Virus record (IMG/VR): IMGVR_UViG_3300025853_000045
Coordinates: 26,953 to 90,952 of that record
Direction: 5' to 3' (one strand)
Source of the DNA: a virus
DNA length: 64,000 bases
The position numbers and the translations under genes are program-made. The notes beneath the pieces were generated by a model. It ran no database searches. It saw nothing but the letters and a program-made list of their open reading frames with translations, and was not told where the DNA came from. Every line of letters starts with the position of its first letter. The first letter of the stretch is position 1. Below are positions 27,434 to 37,061 of the stretch, piece by piece.

Positions 27434-28516
27434 ATGTCAGAAGACTTAACCCTGCAAATTGAAGCATGTGGTTCTCTTGTCATGAGTGGTTTGAAACTAA
27501 TTCAATCCGCTCCTGTCAAGGAAGCCAAGACAAAGGGCGACAAGCACAAACTGTGTGCTGAACTCGTCCGTCAAATGAACAACACCCCAACCAACGGTGG
27601 CCCATCGTTGTTGTATGCCATCCGAGACCATGTAGTTTCGGAGGGTATCGACAACACAACGATGTCCAAGACAGTTGAGAAGAAGGCGAACGGTAAACCG
27701 TCGTCCTTCAACATAGGCAATCAAGCCTACAACATCCTTGCGGATGTCCTCAACGCTGTCAGGGCTCAACTACCGAAGGGCCTCAAGAAGGTGAACACAA
27801 CAGCACTCAAAACTGCTTGTGTCGCTCTCGTTGAAGCCTGTTGGCCTGAATCGGATGAAGAAGACGACGACATCGTTTTCGACTTCTCCGACTCCGACGA
27901 TGAACCAACGGTTGATGACCTCGATGAAGATGACTTCGACGACGATGAAGATACTGAGGCGTCTGTTTCAGGTTCTTTCATCGACATCGACCTCATCAAG
28001 GCCAAAGCATCAGAACCATCTGTTGTTGAGAACGCTTTCGCTCTCTATACCAACGATGACAACGTTGATGCTAACGGTGGCTTTTTCCGTTTCTATAACG
28101 GCAAGGGCAGAACATCGAAGCCTCTTCATCACAACACCCGTTCACCACTTGAACAGTTCAAGGCTACTGTCTGCAACTACATGATGGCTAACCTTTCGGG
28201 TCTCTCATGGACTCGACAGAACAAGCAGAACGAGAACGTCTTTATCCCAACTCCAAAAGAGAACAGGGACATAGGACGTCGAGTTGTCTCGGCTGTCATG
28301 ATTCTTTCAGGTGTAACCAAATTCAACCATGACCTTCGCAAATACATCAGCGATGATACCATTGGTCGAATCTGTTCCGCTATCTTCGGTGAAGTCCCTG
28401 ACTCATCCAACCTTAAGTCTCGACATGGTTGGACATTGCCGTATGAACGTGGTAACACCGCTTCTTCATCTGTTGATGATGAAGCATACACCATGAACGT
28501 CATCAACCTGCTTTGA
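27434..28516 (+). CDS. First early gene; two-domain protein with a very acidic linker
   Basis: 360-aa ORF with GGAGG RBS, its own promoter and terminator. Confidence 0.85.
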   Translation: MSEDLTLQIEACGSLVMSGLKLIQSAPVKEAKTKGDKHKLCAELVRQMNNTPTNGGPSLLYAIRDHVVSEGIDNTTMSKTVEKKANGKPSSFNIGNQAYNILADVLNAVRAQLPKGLKKVNTTALKTACVALVEACWPESDEEDDDIVFDFSDSDDEPTVDDLDEDDFDDDEDTEASVSGSFIDIDLIKAKASEPSVVENAFALYTNDDNVDANGGFFRFYNGKGRTSKPLHHNTRSPLEQFKATVCNYMMANLSGLSWTRQNKQNENVFIPTPKENRDIGRRVVSAVMILSGVTKFNHDLRKYISDDTIGRICSAIFGEVPDSSNLKSRHGWTLPYERGNTASSSVDDEAYTMNVINLL

Positions 28517-28589
28517 TTCGGTCTGCATTGAACCCTTAGTCGCCAACAACGACACCCTTCTCATGGCTTGCATCCTACTGCACCCCTTT

Positions 28590-28632
28590 GGATGACCGCC
28601 CCGCTTCGGTGGGGTTGGTCATCCTTTTTTTT
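28590..28632 (+). terminator. Hairpin (TTCG loop) + T8, intrinsic-terminator-like
   Basis: GGATGACC-GCCCCGC-TTCG-GTGGGGT-T-GGTCATCC-TTTTTTTT. Confidence 0.75.
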
Positions 28633-28716
28633 ATGCCTCGCAAATGTGATGTCCCATCACATTTGCTCTTCTTTGGCATAAACAGACGTCGACCAACCAT
28701 ACGGTTGCGTCTGTTT
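28630..28716. other. Two further stem-loops, possible structured RNA or operator
   Basis: GCAAATGTGATG-TCC-CATCACATTTGC (perfect 12 bp, outer TTTATGCC/GGCATAAA) and AAACAGACG..CAACC-ATAC-GGTTG-CGTCTGTTT. Confidence 0.6.
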
Positions 28717-28930
28717 GTTTTCACACTCACAGCGAGAAAATATCTCGCTCTCTTATCGAACACGCACAATTCCTGACCTGTTCGACATAACATTCCACGC
28801 TGTTCAATCAGCATATCACATTCACCCTCGTCGTGATTCATTCACGATGATGCACAATCATAGACACGGTATCCAAGATGTTCTCATCCGCGTCTATTAA
28901 CAACACCAAGACGAACCTTTATCGCGAATC

Positions 28931-28995
28931 TTATGTTGTTCTTATAATAATAAGTAGTATATTATTATCATAATAAATAGAGAATATCAAGAATC
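28931..28995. promoter_or_regulatory. AT-rich island with the TTATTAT-C-ATAATAA palindrome, upstream of the early operon
   Basis: Palindrome at 28962-28976; the same element in reverse orientation is at 47813-47827. Confidence 0.65.
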
Positions 28996-29031
28996 ATAGT
29001 CCAATGGACACACAAATGGAAGTGAAAAAAA

Positions 29032-29442
29032 ATGAACAAACAAAGAAACATGATACACATAATGATTGATGGTAAATGGTATGAAGGGAGCGACAACAGA
29101 AATGCTTCTCCCCTCTTACCTTCTCCTGTTGCAAGGCCAATGCCTGACCACATGCAGACAATCCTGAACAACGTTGCAGAACGAGCGAAGATTGAGCGAC
29201 GCTACTCAGTATCAGACGCACACTACGTTTTCTGTCGCTACGGCGTTGATGGTTCTCCCATCACTCGTTCTGTTCAAATCGTCAACGGTGACAACTTCGA
29301 CTTCTTCGTTGAAGACATCGAAAAGCATGACGGATTCACAGTCGAAGACGGAGGACTTGTTCGTGTCTTATTCAACGGCAACCTACACGACTGTGCTTCA
29401 TGGCACATCTGCAAAGACGGATTCATAGGTGATGAAGAATGA
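29032..29442 (+). CDS. Hypothetical protein
   Basis: First ORF of a chain linked by ATGA overlaps; start uncertain (29032 or 29050). Confidence 0.7.
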   Translation: MNKQRNMIHIMIDGKWYEGSDNRNASPLLPSPVARPMPDHMQTILNNVAERAKIERRYSVSDAHYVFCRYGVDGSPITRSVQIVNGDNFDFFVEDIEKHDGFTVEDGGLVRVLFNGNLHDCASWHICKDGFIGDEE

Positions 29443-29786
29443 GCCTCCCTACATACATAGGATTTCAATTTACATACCCTGAAGACCACGTTCATTATGA
29501 ATATCCTAATGCTCATCCTCGATGGAACGAGATGACAGCCGAAGAACGAATGGAATACATGGACGCATGGATGGAACACGACAAGGAACAGCGATACGTC
29601 GCTCAATTGTTGAAGCCTCACGTTTGGATTGTCCAATTCAAATGGGAACGATGCATTCACTTTGTCGGTAAGACATTGACAGACTGCATTCGATTCTGTC
29701 GCGACCAAGATTGGGTTGAAGAAGATACGAATACAATCTATGACCATATCACTATCAACATTCACAACATACAGGAGTGGGAATAA
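29439..29786 (+). CDS. Hypothetical protein
   Basis: GGTGA RBS, ATGA overlap. Confidence 0.75.
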   Translation: MSLPTYIGFQFTYPEDHVHYEYPNAHPRWNEMTAEERMEYMDAWMEHDKEQRYVAQLLKPHVWIVQFKWERCIHFVGKTLTDCIRFCRDQDWVEEDTNTIYDHITINIHNIQEWE

Positions 29787-30296
29787 ATGACAAACGAAAC
29801 GAAAATACTGACAGCACTACTTGACCCGAACGGAACAGACAATTACCTAATGCACACAACTGTTGGGCGCAACATAACTATCCGACACAACGGTCGCGAT
29901 AACGCCATCATCATTGAGCATGGCGACAAGCGAATCATGATTGCAATGGGTAAAGAAAATTCATTGGACAAACTCGTCCCTTTCATGAGAGCGAAGAAAG
30001 GCGTCCGAGAATTTGACACCTATCGACAACCACTCACACAAACAAAAGGTGGTGAAGATGGAAAGGGTATTCCTTCTGTCTTCAATTTCAAAATCATGGA
30101 GCGATTGACACCACTTGAACAACACATCATTGACAATCTCGACATCCCTGATGTGGATGGTGGATTTGTTATGCGCCCTGTTGATACGATACGCTATCGT
30201 ATGTTAGACCATAGCAAAATCGTCATCCCTGAAACCCTTGACTATCTCATCAACGACGATGGAGAAATCATTCACCCTGCGGAGGAAGAAGAATGA
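29787..30296 (+). CDS. Hypothetical protein
   Basis: AGGAG RBS, abuts the previous stop. Confidence 0.75.
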   Translation: MTNETKILTALLDPNGTDNYLMHTTVGRNITIRHNGRDNAIIIEHGDKRIMIAMGKENSLDKLVPFMRAKKGVREFDTYRQPLTQTKGGEDGKGIPSVFNFKIMERLTPLEQHIIDNLDIPDVDGGFVMRPVDTIRYRMLDHSKIVIPETLDYLINDDGEIIHPAEEEE

Positions 30297-30553
30297 CTGA
30301 CGAATTGAAGACACGAATCGAAACAGACGAATACATTTACGAAGAATACTTTGACGCGACTCAAGGTATCGACCAACAACCAACACCCTCAATGACTGCA
30401 TGGAATCGCTCGATGCGTTCCTTGTTTCACTTGCAACACAAAACAGACGCCCCTGAAAATCAGGATTGCCTCAAGCACATTTACGAAGAGCGCAACAAAA
30501 AGAACCGTTGCGTCTGTGACGAATGCTTTGAAGGAGATGAAGAAAATGATTGA
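30293..30553 (+). CDS. Hypothetical protein (C-terminal CxCxxC)
   Basis: GGAGG RBS, ATGA overlap. Confidence 0.7.
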   Translation: MTDELKTRIETDEYIYEEYFDATQGIDQQPTPSMTAWNRSMRSLFHLQHKTDAPENQDCLKHIYEERNKKNRCVCDECFEGDEEND

Positions 30554-32087
30554 GAAACCTATGACCAAAGAAGAAACAACCGAATTGATACGAAAAGCAA
30601 TGGGTGGAACACCAACCGCTGAAATCATTGAAGCAACAGCACGCCGATGGCAAAGCGAAGCATTCAGTCATTGGCTCGGACTCCCTGATGACGAACGCCG
30701 AATGACTGTTCAGGCCGCGACAGGTTCAGGTAAGACACGCCTTGCAATCATGTGCATCATGGAACACATCAGAAGATACGGCGACAAAGGAGTTGTCGTC
30801 ATGGCTGTGCCATCGAAAGATTTGGTTCAGCAAACAGGCGAACGCCTTCGTGGATTCTCGATACGATACGCGAGAGTCTCTTCCCAATACGGCAATGAGT
30901 ATATGCTCAAGCGACCCGTTTACATCACCACTTACCACTCACTTGACAAAGTAAGCAACAACAAACATGTTGTTGGTAAGAACATCCTATTCATCGGAGA
31001 CGAATGCCACAAGATAGGCGCAACAAGAACAAGAGAACGTCTCGCTCACTTTCAAGGAGACGCCTGTCTCCTTCTCTCCGCTACACCTCGACGAGGTGAT
31101 GGCTTATCCGTCATGCAAATCATGAACGCGCCAATCAGATACACACTCAACCTTGTTGATGGTATCGCACAATCGCGAAGTGGCGGTGGCGAATTGGATT
31201 ACACCATACACCACGTCGCTCTCACTCTCACACCTTCGGAGCAATTTCATCTAAGCGAACTCGATGAGCAAGTTAAGACGCTCAAGTATGTTGCTTTGGG
31301 TGCGCTCAAAGAGTTGGGTCGCATATCGGGCAACGACGGAACTGTCGAAGACATCATGCTCTATTCAAACGCTGACGTTGAAGAGGTTGGATGGTATAAA
31401 GCAAAGACGATGGAGCGTAAGCGAGCCGAGACCAAGATTGCAGACAGGATGTCTGCTGTCGTCGCACTACTGCGAATGCACGTTGGTAAGAAATTCGTCA
31501 TCTTCCATGAGTCCATCATCGGTCTTGAGATTATTGCACAGTTGTGTCGCGACGAAGGTATCAACCCACACATTTACCACAGCGGATTGGAGTTGTCGCA
31601 AGAAGACATCGAGAATTACCCTGAATTTATTACGCCTGATTTGTTTGACCGACTCCACGAATACAAGAAGAACGCGAACAAACACTTGACTCGATGGAAG
31701 GAATCAGCGAGTGACTTCCTACTTACTTGTAAAGCATTGAAGGAAGGATTCGATGCGCCTGATATGGATGGCGTCGTCATGGTATCAGGAACAAACGCTA
31801 CTCGCTCTCGCATTCAAACGATTGGCCGTGTGTTTCGCGGTTCATCTCACAAAGACATTTACTATTTCGTCTCACCTTCTGCAACGACTGACAGAAATTC
31901 AGGGGATGAGAAGTCATTCCACAACGTCATGAGAGAATCAGGAATGGAATACAGCAAAGTCAAATACACATCAACACAGATGCTTGAATCTTTCACCGCG
32001 TCTGTTTCTTACGGCGAAGTGCATGGATTGCATTTGCCTGAAGAAGAAGAAGAAATGTTCGACCTCACACTTGGGGAAGAAGAATGA
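30546..32087 (+). CDS. Superfamily 2 DExH helicase (XPB/Rad25/UvsW-like) ending in EEEEEMFDLTLGEEE
   Basis: AATGSGKT, DECH, SAT, EGFD and QTIGRVFR motifs. Confidence 0.9.
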   Translation: MIEKPMTKEETTELIRKAMGGTPTAEIIEATARRWQSEAFSHWLGLPDDERRMTVQAATGSGKTRLAIMCIMEHIRRYGDKGVVVMAVPSKDLVQQTGERLRGFSIRYARVSSQYGNEYMLKRPVYITTYHSLDKVSNNKHVVGKNILFIGDECHKIGATRTRERLAHFQGDACLLLSATPRRGDGLSVMQIMNAPIRYTLNLVDGIAQSRSGGGELDYTIHHVALTLTPSEQFHLSELDEQVKTLKYVALGALKELGRISGNDGTVEDIMLYSNADVEEVGWYKAKTMERKRAETKIADRMSAVVALLRMHVGKKFVIFHESIIGLEIIAQLCRDEGINPHIYHSGLELSQEDIENYPEFITPDLFDRLHEYKKNANKHLTRWKESASDFLLTCKALKEGFDAPDMDGVVMVSGTNATRSRIQTIGRVFRGSSHKDIYYFVSPSATTDRNSGDEKSFHNVMRESGMEYSKVKYTSTQMLESFTASVSYGEVHGLHLPEEEEEMFDLTLGEEE

Positions 32088-32124
32088 TAGTCCACGCGAC
32101 AAACAAAAAAAAGGAGGAACAAAA

Positions 32125-32775
32125 ATGCCACACCGAATAAAGCATAACGAAGAACAAACATACACAGACGACCCAACAACCTATGAGTTGCCACAAGACC
32201 ATAGGCTTGAGTTGGTATCTGTTGAACGAACACCAATGGGAAGCACAGCACCCGTCCATGTCATGAGAACATGGGAGGTTGTCTTCTGTCCTCTCATGCA
32301 AGAAGCACGATTGAATGCGGAACGCGAACAAAAAGAAGAGGAAGCAAAGAAGATTGCGGACGAACGCTTCGCGACGAAGATGCATTTGGTGGACAAACTT
32401 CAACAAAAAACCGTCAAGCAACTCAAGGAGTTGGCGAACGACATGAATGCGCGTCGCCCTAACTGCATTGTAGTGCCATCCAAAATCAAGAAGGCCGAAC
32501 TTTCTTACTTGATTGCGAACACATTCATGGACTTGAACGACAGGGGATTGACAACAGTCACTAATAATGACGACGGAACATTCACTCTTGAAATCACATT
32601 TGAATGCGACCTATGCGGAGACGATACCCATGTTGGATTCGTTGATAACGCTCAAACATTCAAGGTCTGCAAGTTTTGTGATACCGATGGTTCACAATTC
32701 AAGCCGAAAGATTGGCCTCAAGATGTCTTGGATGAAATCAACGTTGACCTCGACACAGGATTGGTGAAAGCATGA
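32125..32775 (+). CDS. Protein with a SAP/Rho-N-like helix pair and a Zn ribbon
   Basis: AGGAGG RBS; KTVKQLKELA...KKAELSYLI; CDLC...CKFC. Confidence 0.65.
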   Translation: MPHRIKHNEEQTYTDDPTTYELPQDHRLELVSVERTPMGSTAPVHVMRTWEVVFCPLMQEARLNAEREQKEEEAKKIADERFATKMHLVDKLQQKTVKQLKELANDMNARRPNCIVVPSKIKKAELSYLIANTFMDLNDRGLTTVTNNDDGTFTLEITFECDLCGDDTHVGFVDNAQTFKVCKFCDTDGSQFKPKDWPQDVLDEINVDLDTGLVKA

Positions 32776-33251
32776 GTCAGGTCGAAGGATTACTTTGGAA
32801 CAAATGGGTCGCTGTGCAACCGTCCTATCTTACAACACATATCTTACATCTGCAACCTGAAGAATACGACATGCAAGAACAGCGAATCGCGATACGATTC
32901 TTACAATTGTCTCGCTTACTTTGCCGAAACGAAATACCCACAACGGTTCTCTTAGAACTCGCGGAGGGTAAAAGGTTCGTGGACATTGAGACACACGACG
33001 AAGAAAACTACCGCGTCTATTTCCCACTCAACCCTGTTCAACAGATGATGCAGGACGAGGCTGACTACTTACAAGCACGCGCTGATGCACAAAATGAATC
33101 ATTACAAACAGGTATCATCTTGAAATCAGAACGCGAAGAGTTGGAGGAACAAATCGCTGACCTTGAACAGGCCATTGAAATCGGTGGCTATGGTTCAAAC
33201 GACTTGAGAATACTTGACTCACTCAAGAAAGAATTGGAGGACTTAGAATGA
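32772..33251 (+). CDS. Hypothetical protein
   Basis: GGTGA RBS, ATGA overlap. Confidence 0.7.
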   Translation: MSQVEGLLWNKWVAVQPSYLTTHILHLQPEEYDMQEQRIAIRFLQLSRLLCRNEIPTTVLLELAEGKRFVDIETHDEENYRVYFPLNPVQQMMQDEADYLQARADAQNESLQTGIILKSEREELEEQIADLEQAIEIGGYGSNDLRILDSLKKELEDLE

Positions 33252-33643
33252 ACAGCATACCAAAGACAAAAAGATACATTGAAATGGACATCAAAGAAAA
33301 GATTGCTAACGATTGTGGAGGCACACAACTTATTGATGATGTGAACCATCCTGTGCGACGCTACTTCCGCTGTTGGCTTGACGGTTCTTACGAATACGAT
33401 GGCGGGATTACTTATCGTCGCAACTGTGATTTCATTCTGAAACATCACGACGACCATCGAATCATGCGTCAGTTTGTTGTCAATCAGTTCGCTACTTACA
33501 CAGCACACGAATACAATTGTTCGGTTAGATACGCGAGAGAATGTATCGTTGCTTGCATTGAGAAACCAAATCTTGAGCATCTCAATGAGTTGCTTATCGA
33601 AGACGCACTCGACCTTGTTGACATAAGGGAGGAAGAACAATGA
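33248..33643 (+). CDS. Hypothetical protein
   Basis: GGAGG RBS, ATGA overlap. Confidence 0.75.
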   Translation: MNSIPKTKRYIEMDIKEKIANDCGGTQLIDDVNHPVRRYFRCWLDGSYEYDGGITYRRNCDFILKHHDDHRIMRQFVVNQFATYTAHEYNCSVRYARECIVACIEKPNLEHLNELLIEDALDLVDIREEEQ

Positions 33644-34065
33644 AAGAAGAACAATACGAAGACCGAAGACAAATGGCCGTTGATATTCTCAACGGTATAG
33701 ACAACACGAACATGACCAGCGATGGATTGATTCGCCACGCGATGGACTTGATGTGCAACTATGGATACACAACATACCGCAAAGCAATGCGCACAGTCCT
33801 TGAGTATTACAATGCGAATCCGAAAATGTATCGTAACGACATACCGACCCGCTACACATACATGGGTCAGTTGTGGCGAGAAGAATACCCCGACGCGTAT
33901 GAAACATACCGAGAGGAACTTCGCGCAAAGCGAGAAGCCCAAAAGATTGCAGAAGAAAAAACCATCGTCAATCAAATGATAAGCGACTTGGCTCATGACT
34001 TGGCGAACCGCGACCAACACAACTCGATGATTGGCTTTGAACCAACGGACGGTGAGGGTCAATGA
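33640..34065 (+). CDS. Hypothetical protein
   Basis: GGAGG RBS, ATGA overlap. Confidence 0.75.
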   Translation: MKEEQYEDRRQMAVDILNGIDNTNMTSDGLIRHAMDLMCNYGYTTYRKAMRTVLEYYNANPKMYRNDIPTRYTYMGQLWREEYPDAYETYREELRAKREAQKIAEEKTIVNQMISDLAHDLANRDQHNSMIGFEPTDGEGQ

Positions 34066-34229
34066 AGTCAGTCTTCATGCTCAGTGTTCCCTACGAAGGA
34101 CTATGTGGACCTGCTTTTACTACCCGCGAAGAAGCGGAGAAGTTTTGGTCGGAAGAAATCAGCACAGACTACGGTGAGAAAATCGTTGAAGTCAAGGTTC
34201 GCACATCAGCAAAGGAGGATTCACAATGA
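34062..34229 (+). CDS. Small hypothetical protein (55 aa, MKSVFMLSVPYEG...)
   Basis: Below the ORF-track cutoff; fills the gap exactly with ATGA overlaps at both ends. Confidence 0.7.
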   Translation: MKSVFMLSVPYEGLCGPAFTTREEAEKFWSEEISTDYGEKIVEVKVRTSAKEDSQ

Positions 34230-34684
34230 GTGACCAAGACGCTTGGCTGACTGAACTTGAAAAACTGATACAAGACCCGCACTCGGTTGTGTCGTTCCAC
34301 ATGAATGACACAGGCGACGGAGAATACATACTGAACGCTGATGCAATCATTCGACCATCGAGCATGTATCGAAATGTATTCATCAACCCACACAGAACAT
34401 TCTCTAACCTGCCACACAGCATGGTCAAGACATGCCCTTCGTGCCAAAGCGAATGGCAATCGTTCGTCAGCAACGGTCTGATGGACGTGCGATATTGTTG
34501 TGGTATCTCCATTTGTGAGAATACATACGCGCAAGTTAAAAATCGTAACCTTTATGGTGAGAGTAGCGTTGCAAAAGATATGGCGCGCAACACAGAAATA
34601 ATGTTCGACCTGATTCTCGATGATGACATCGAAGAAGAAGACGACGACGACATGTTCGACCTAACATTAGGAGGGACTATCTGA
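34226..34684 (+). CDS. Zn-ribbon protein with two acidic MFDL[IT]L motifs
   Basis: CPSC...CC; C-terminal IMFDLILDDDIEEEDDDDMFDLTLGG. Confidence 0.8.
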   Translation: MSDQDAWLTELEKLIQDPHSVVSFHMNDTGDGEYILNADAIIRPSSMYRNVFINPHRTFSNLPHSMVKTCPSCQSEWQSFVSNGLMDVRYCCGISICENTYAQVKNRNLYGESSVAKDMARNTEIMFDLILDDDIEEEDDDDMFDLTLGGTI

Positions 34685-34878
34685 TGCGCCGATTTGAATT
34701 AAGAACCAATTCAAGAGACGATGCGTTCTTTCACATTCACATCGTTCATGATGAAGAAGAACGACGACAACAACGACTCAAGGACTTCAAGAAAGTCATT
34801 GAGATATACTGCGAGAACTTGAAGTCTCGCACATCACAGTCCACAGGACACAACACAAAAAAGGAGGAAAAAATATGA
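34684..34878 (+). CDS. Small hypothetical protein
   Basis: GGAGG RBS; overlaps both neighbours. Confidence 0.6.
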   Translation: MRRFELRTNSRDDAFFHIHIVHDEEERRQQRLKDFKKVIEIYCENLKSRTSQSTGHNTKKEEKI

Positions 34879-36890
34879 ACCCCGAAAAACAAGTAAGAGC
34901 CGTAGTAATCGGCTCGGTGAAGCAAGAAAACAACACCATGAAGCAGGTGATTTACACCGACGCTTCAGGTGACGAACAAACGAAATGGATACCGAACGCG
35001 TGTATCGTCTCGACGGAAGAGATTGACGGTCAGTCAATCATGTTCCTACAAGACGCGACTGTCAATTCGGTTGAAGTAAGTGTAGCAGATATGTATGGTT
35101 TCTCAACCGACCACGCACAGATGCAAGACATGGCTGACGCATGGATTGAGTTCGGTGAAGTAACACCGTTCTCGCTCGACGCTGTCGAACTTCAACGCGA
35201 AGGTGAAGAAGTCGAAATGGATTTCGCATCAAAGGATGACACCGTTGAGATGTTTGACCTAACATTGGAAGATGACATTGACGACGAAGAGTCTGATGAC
35301 TCGACGCCTCAATTCGACACCACGTCTTTCGACCTTTCAGCATTCGTTGAAGAAGAAGAAGCAGTCGATGACGAAGCAGTCAAGCAAGCGAAGAAGAAAC
35401 AGAAGGCTATCGACAAGGTCGCTCTCGCAAGAGAGAAGCGCAAGGCTGACTCCGACAAAGTGAAGGAGACACTCAACGACCCAATCAGCAAAGCAATGGC
35501 TGACGGTAAGCGACACGACGACTTTGGTGCATGGAACTTTGAAGCCAAGACATACGAACTCGCGATGATTGACTACGGGCCGAACGGCGAGAAGACAATC
35601 ATTCCTGTTCGCACAACAAATGGCGATGCGCGGATGAGAACTGTTGTCAATCCAACACTCGCTGACGAAGACAACCCACTCGGCGTTGTCCTCAATCGTG
35701 CTGTCGGAAGCAACTTTGAAGTCATCGACCACCCAACTGTCTTCAAGCCTGTCATTGAACAAATCAATGCGGTGAACGATGCGGCGGGTCAAGAGTTGAT
35801 TTCATGGTCAGCATTCTCAATCAACAAAGGTTCACGCGCTGTCATGAACATTGACATCACAGGTTACGCGACCAAGACACGAAGCGAATCAGCCAAGTCC
35901 TTGAGCAACTACAACTATGTCAATCTGTCAGCGAATCGAATCCAAGACGCGCTTGTCGAAGAGCATGGTGGACACCGAATGGGTGTAACCATCCTCAACT
36001 CTCACGACGGTAAGTCAGCACTTCAAGCATTCATGACTGTCCTCCGCACTTACTGTGGCAACCTTGCCATGCGCGGTGGTGTTCAGAACTTGTTGATGTA
36101 TGGCAACAGCACGAAGGTTCGACACATGAAGGGAAGCGTTGGTCAATTCGACGCTCACGATTGGGCTGAACGAGTCGTTGGTGCATTGGCGGAGAACCAA
36201 AAGAACCTCCTTGCCATGTCCATCCTGCGACACATCCCGAAAGAAATCATCAACTTCGATAGTATGCTGACTGTTTTCAACAAGCATGGTCTTCTCCCTC
36301 AACCGACTGTCAAGGTCGCGGCAGGTGACAAGAATCAATTCGACGTCGATGAGCAGGGCAACGTTGTCATGACGACTGCTTCTCTCGGTAAAGATGCGGC
36401 TCGCGTTCTTGGCGGACATGCTTACAACGCGGCGGTGAAAGGTTGGGTCGACCCTGACGTTCACTATGTCGCGGCTACAACCAAGAGTGGTGCGCCTCAA
36501 CGTGACGAAGATTCAATCGGAACAATGTGGCACGTCGCTCAAGTTGGTTCAGGTATGGTTACACACAACCCAATGTATTCTGACGGGACGCGTGTTTTGC
36601 ATGGTAAGAAACAAGGTGTCGAGACGTTCATGAATCGTTCAGGCACAATGACTTCTCTCTTTGAAGACATCGCATTCCGCGCTGTCAACAAGTATGCTGA
36701 ACACACAGGACAACCTGTTGATGACCTCCAAGCAATGGAGCAATGGTATGCGGAGAACCCTCACATGCTTGAAGTTCCATACAGCGATACTGTCAAAGGC
36801 ACAAAGAAGATGAAGCCAATCACAGAAGTTCCTTCTTTCCAAGAAACATGGAAGGTCAAGATTGTTGAAGAAACGGTGAAGACCAAGTAG
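34875..36890 (+). CDS. DUF932/DUF945-like protein with an acidic N-terminal extension (EMFDLTLEDD)
   Basis: ILNSHDG...LRTYCGN...VRH is the DUF932 signature; AGGAGG RBS. Confidence 0.75.
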   Translation: MNPEKQVRAVVIGSVKQENNTMKQVIYTDASGDEQTKWIPNACIVSTEEIDGQSIMFLQDATVNSVEVSVADMYGFSTDHAQMQDMADAWIEFGEVTPFSLDAVELQREGEEVEMDFASKDDTVEMFDLTLEDDIDDEESDDSTPQFDTTSFDLSAFVEEEEAVDDEAVKQAKKKQKAIDKVALAREKRKADSDKVKETLNDPISKAMADGKRHDDFGAWNFEAKTYELAMIDYGPNGEKTIIPVRTTNGDARMRTVVNPTLADEDNPLGVVLNRAVGSNFEVIDHPTVFKPVIEQINAVNDAAGQELISWSAFSINKGSRAVMNIDITGYATKTRSESAKSLSNYNYVNLSANRIQDALVEEHGGHRMGVTILNSHDGKSALQAFMTVLRTYCGNLAMRGGVQNLLMYGNSTKVRHMKGSVGQFDAHDWAERVVGALAENQKNLLAMSILRHIPKEIINFDSMLTVFNKHGLLPQPTVKVAAGDKNQFDVDEQGNVVMTTASLGKDAARVLGGHAYNAAVKGWVDPDVHYVAATTKSGAPQRDEDSIGTMWHVAQVGSGMVTHNPMYSDGTRVLHGKKQGVETFMNRSGTMTSLFEDIAFRAVNKYAEHTGQPVDDLQAMEQWYAENPHMLEVPYSDTVKGTKKMKPITEVPSFQETWKVKIVEETVKTK

Positions 36891-36995
36891 GCGTAAAGTA
36901 ATCTGACGCGTATCTGTCCTACCATCTGATACCCCCTTCGTATTCCACGACGCGGTTTACACGTTCCGCGATAACAAAGACGTGTCTCTCTCTCA

Positions 36996-37061
36996 TGGGG
37001 AGAGTGTGGTAAGTTCTTCTTCCGTAGGACGCATCCCTCTTTGTTCGCCACACTCTCCCCA
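36996..37061. other. 14-bp perfect inverted repeat enclosing 38 nt (intergenic stem-loop)
   Basis: TGGGGAGAGTGTGG (36996-37009) / CCACACTCTCCCCA (37048-37061). Confidence 0.75.

Noticed and set aside
26952-27483. ORFs across the CGCG island
   Set aside because: Arg/Ala-rich translations of the repeat with no RBS; treated as non-coding.
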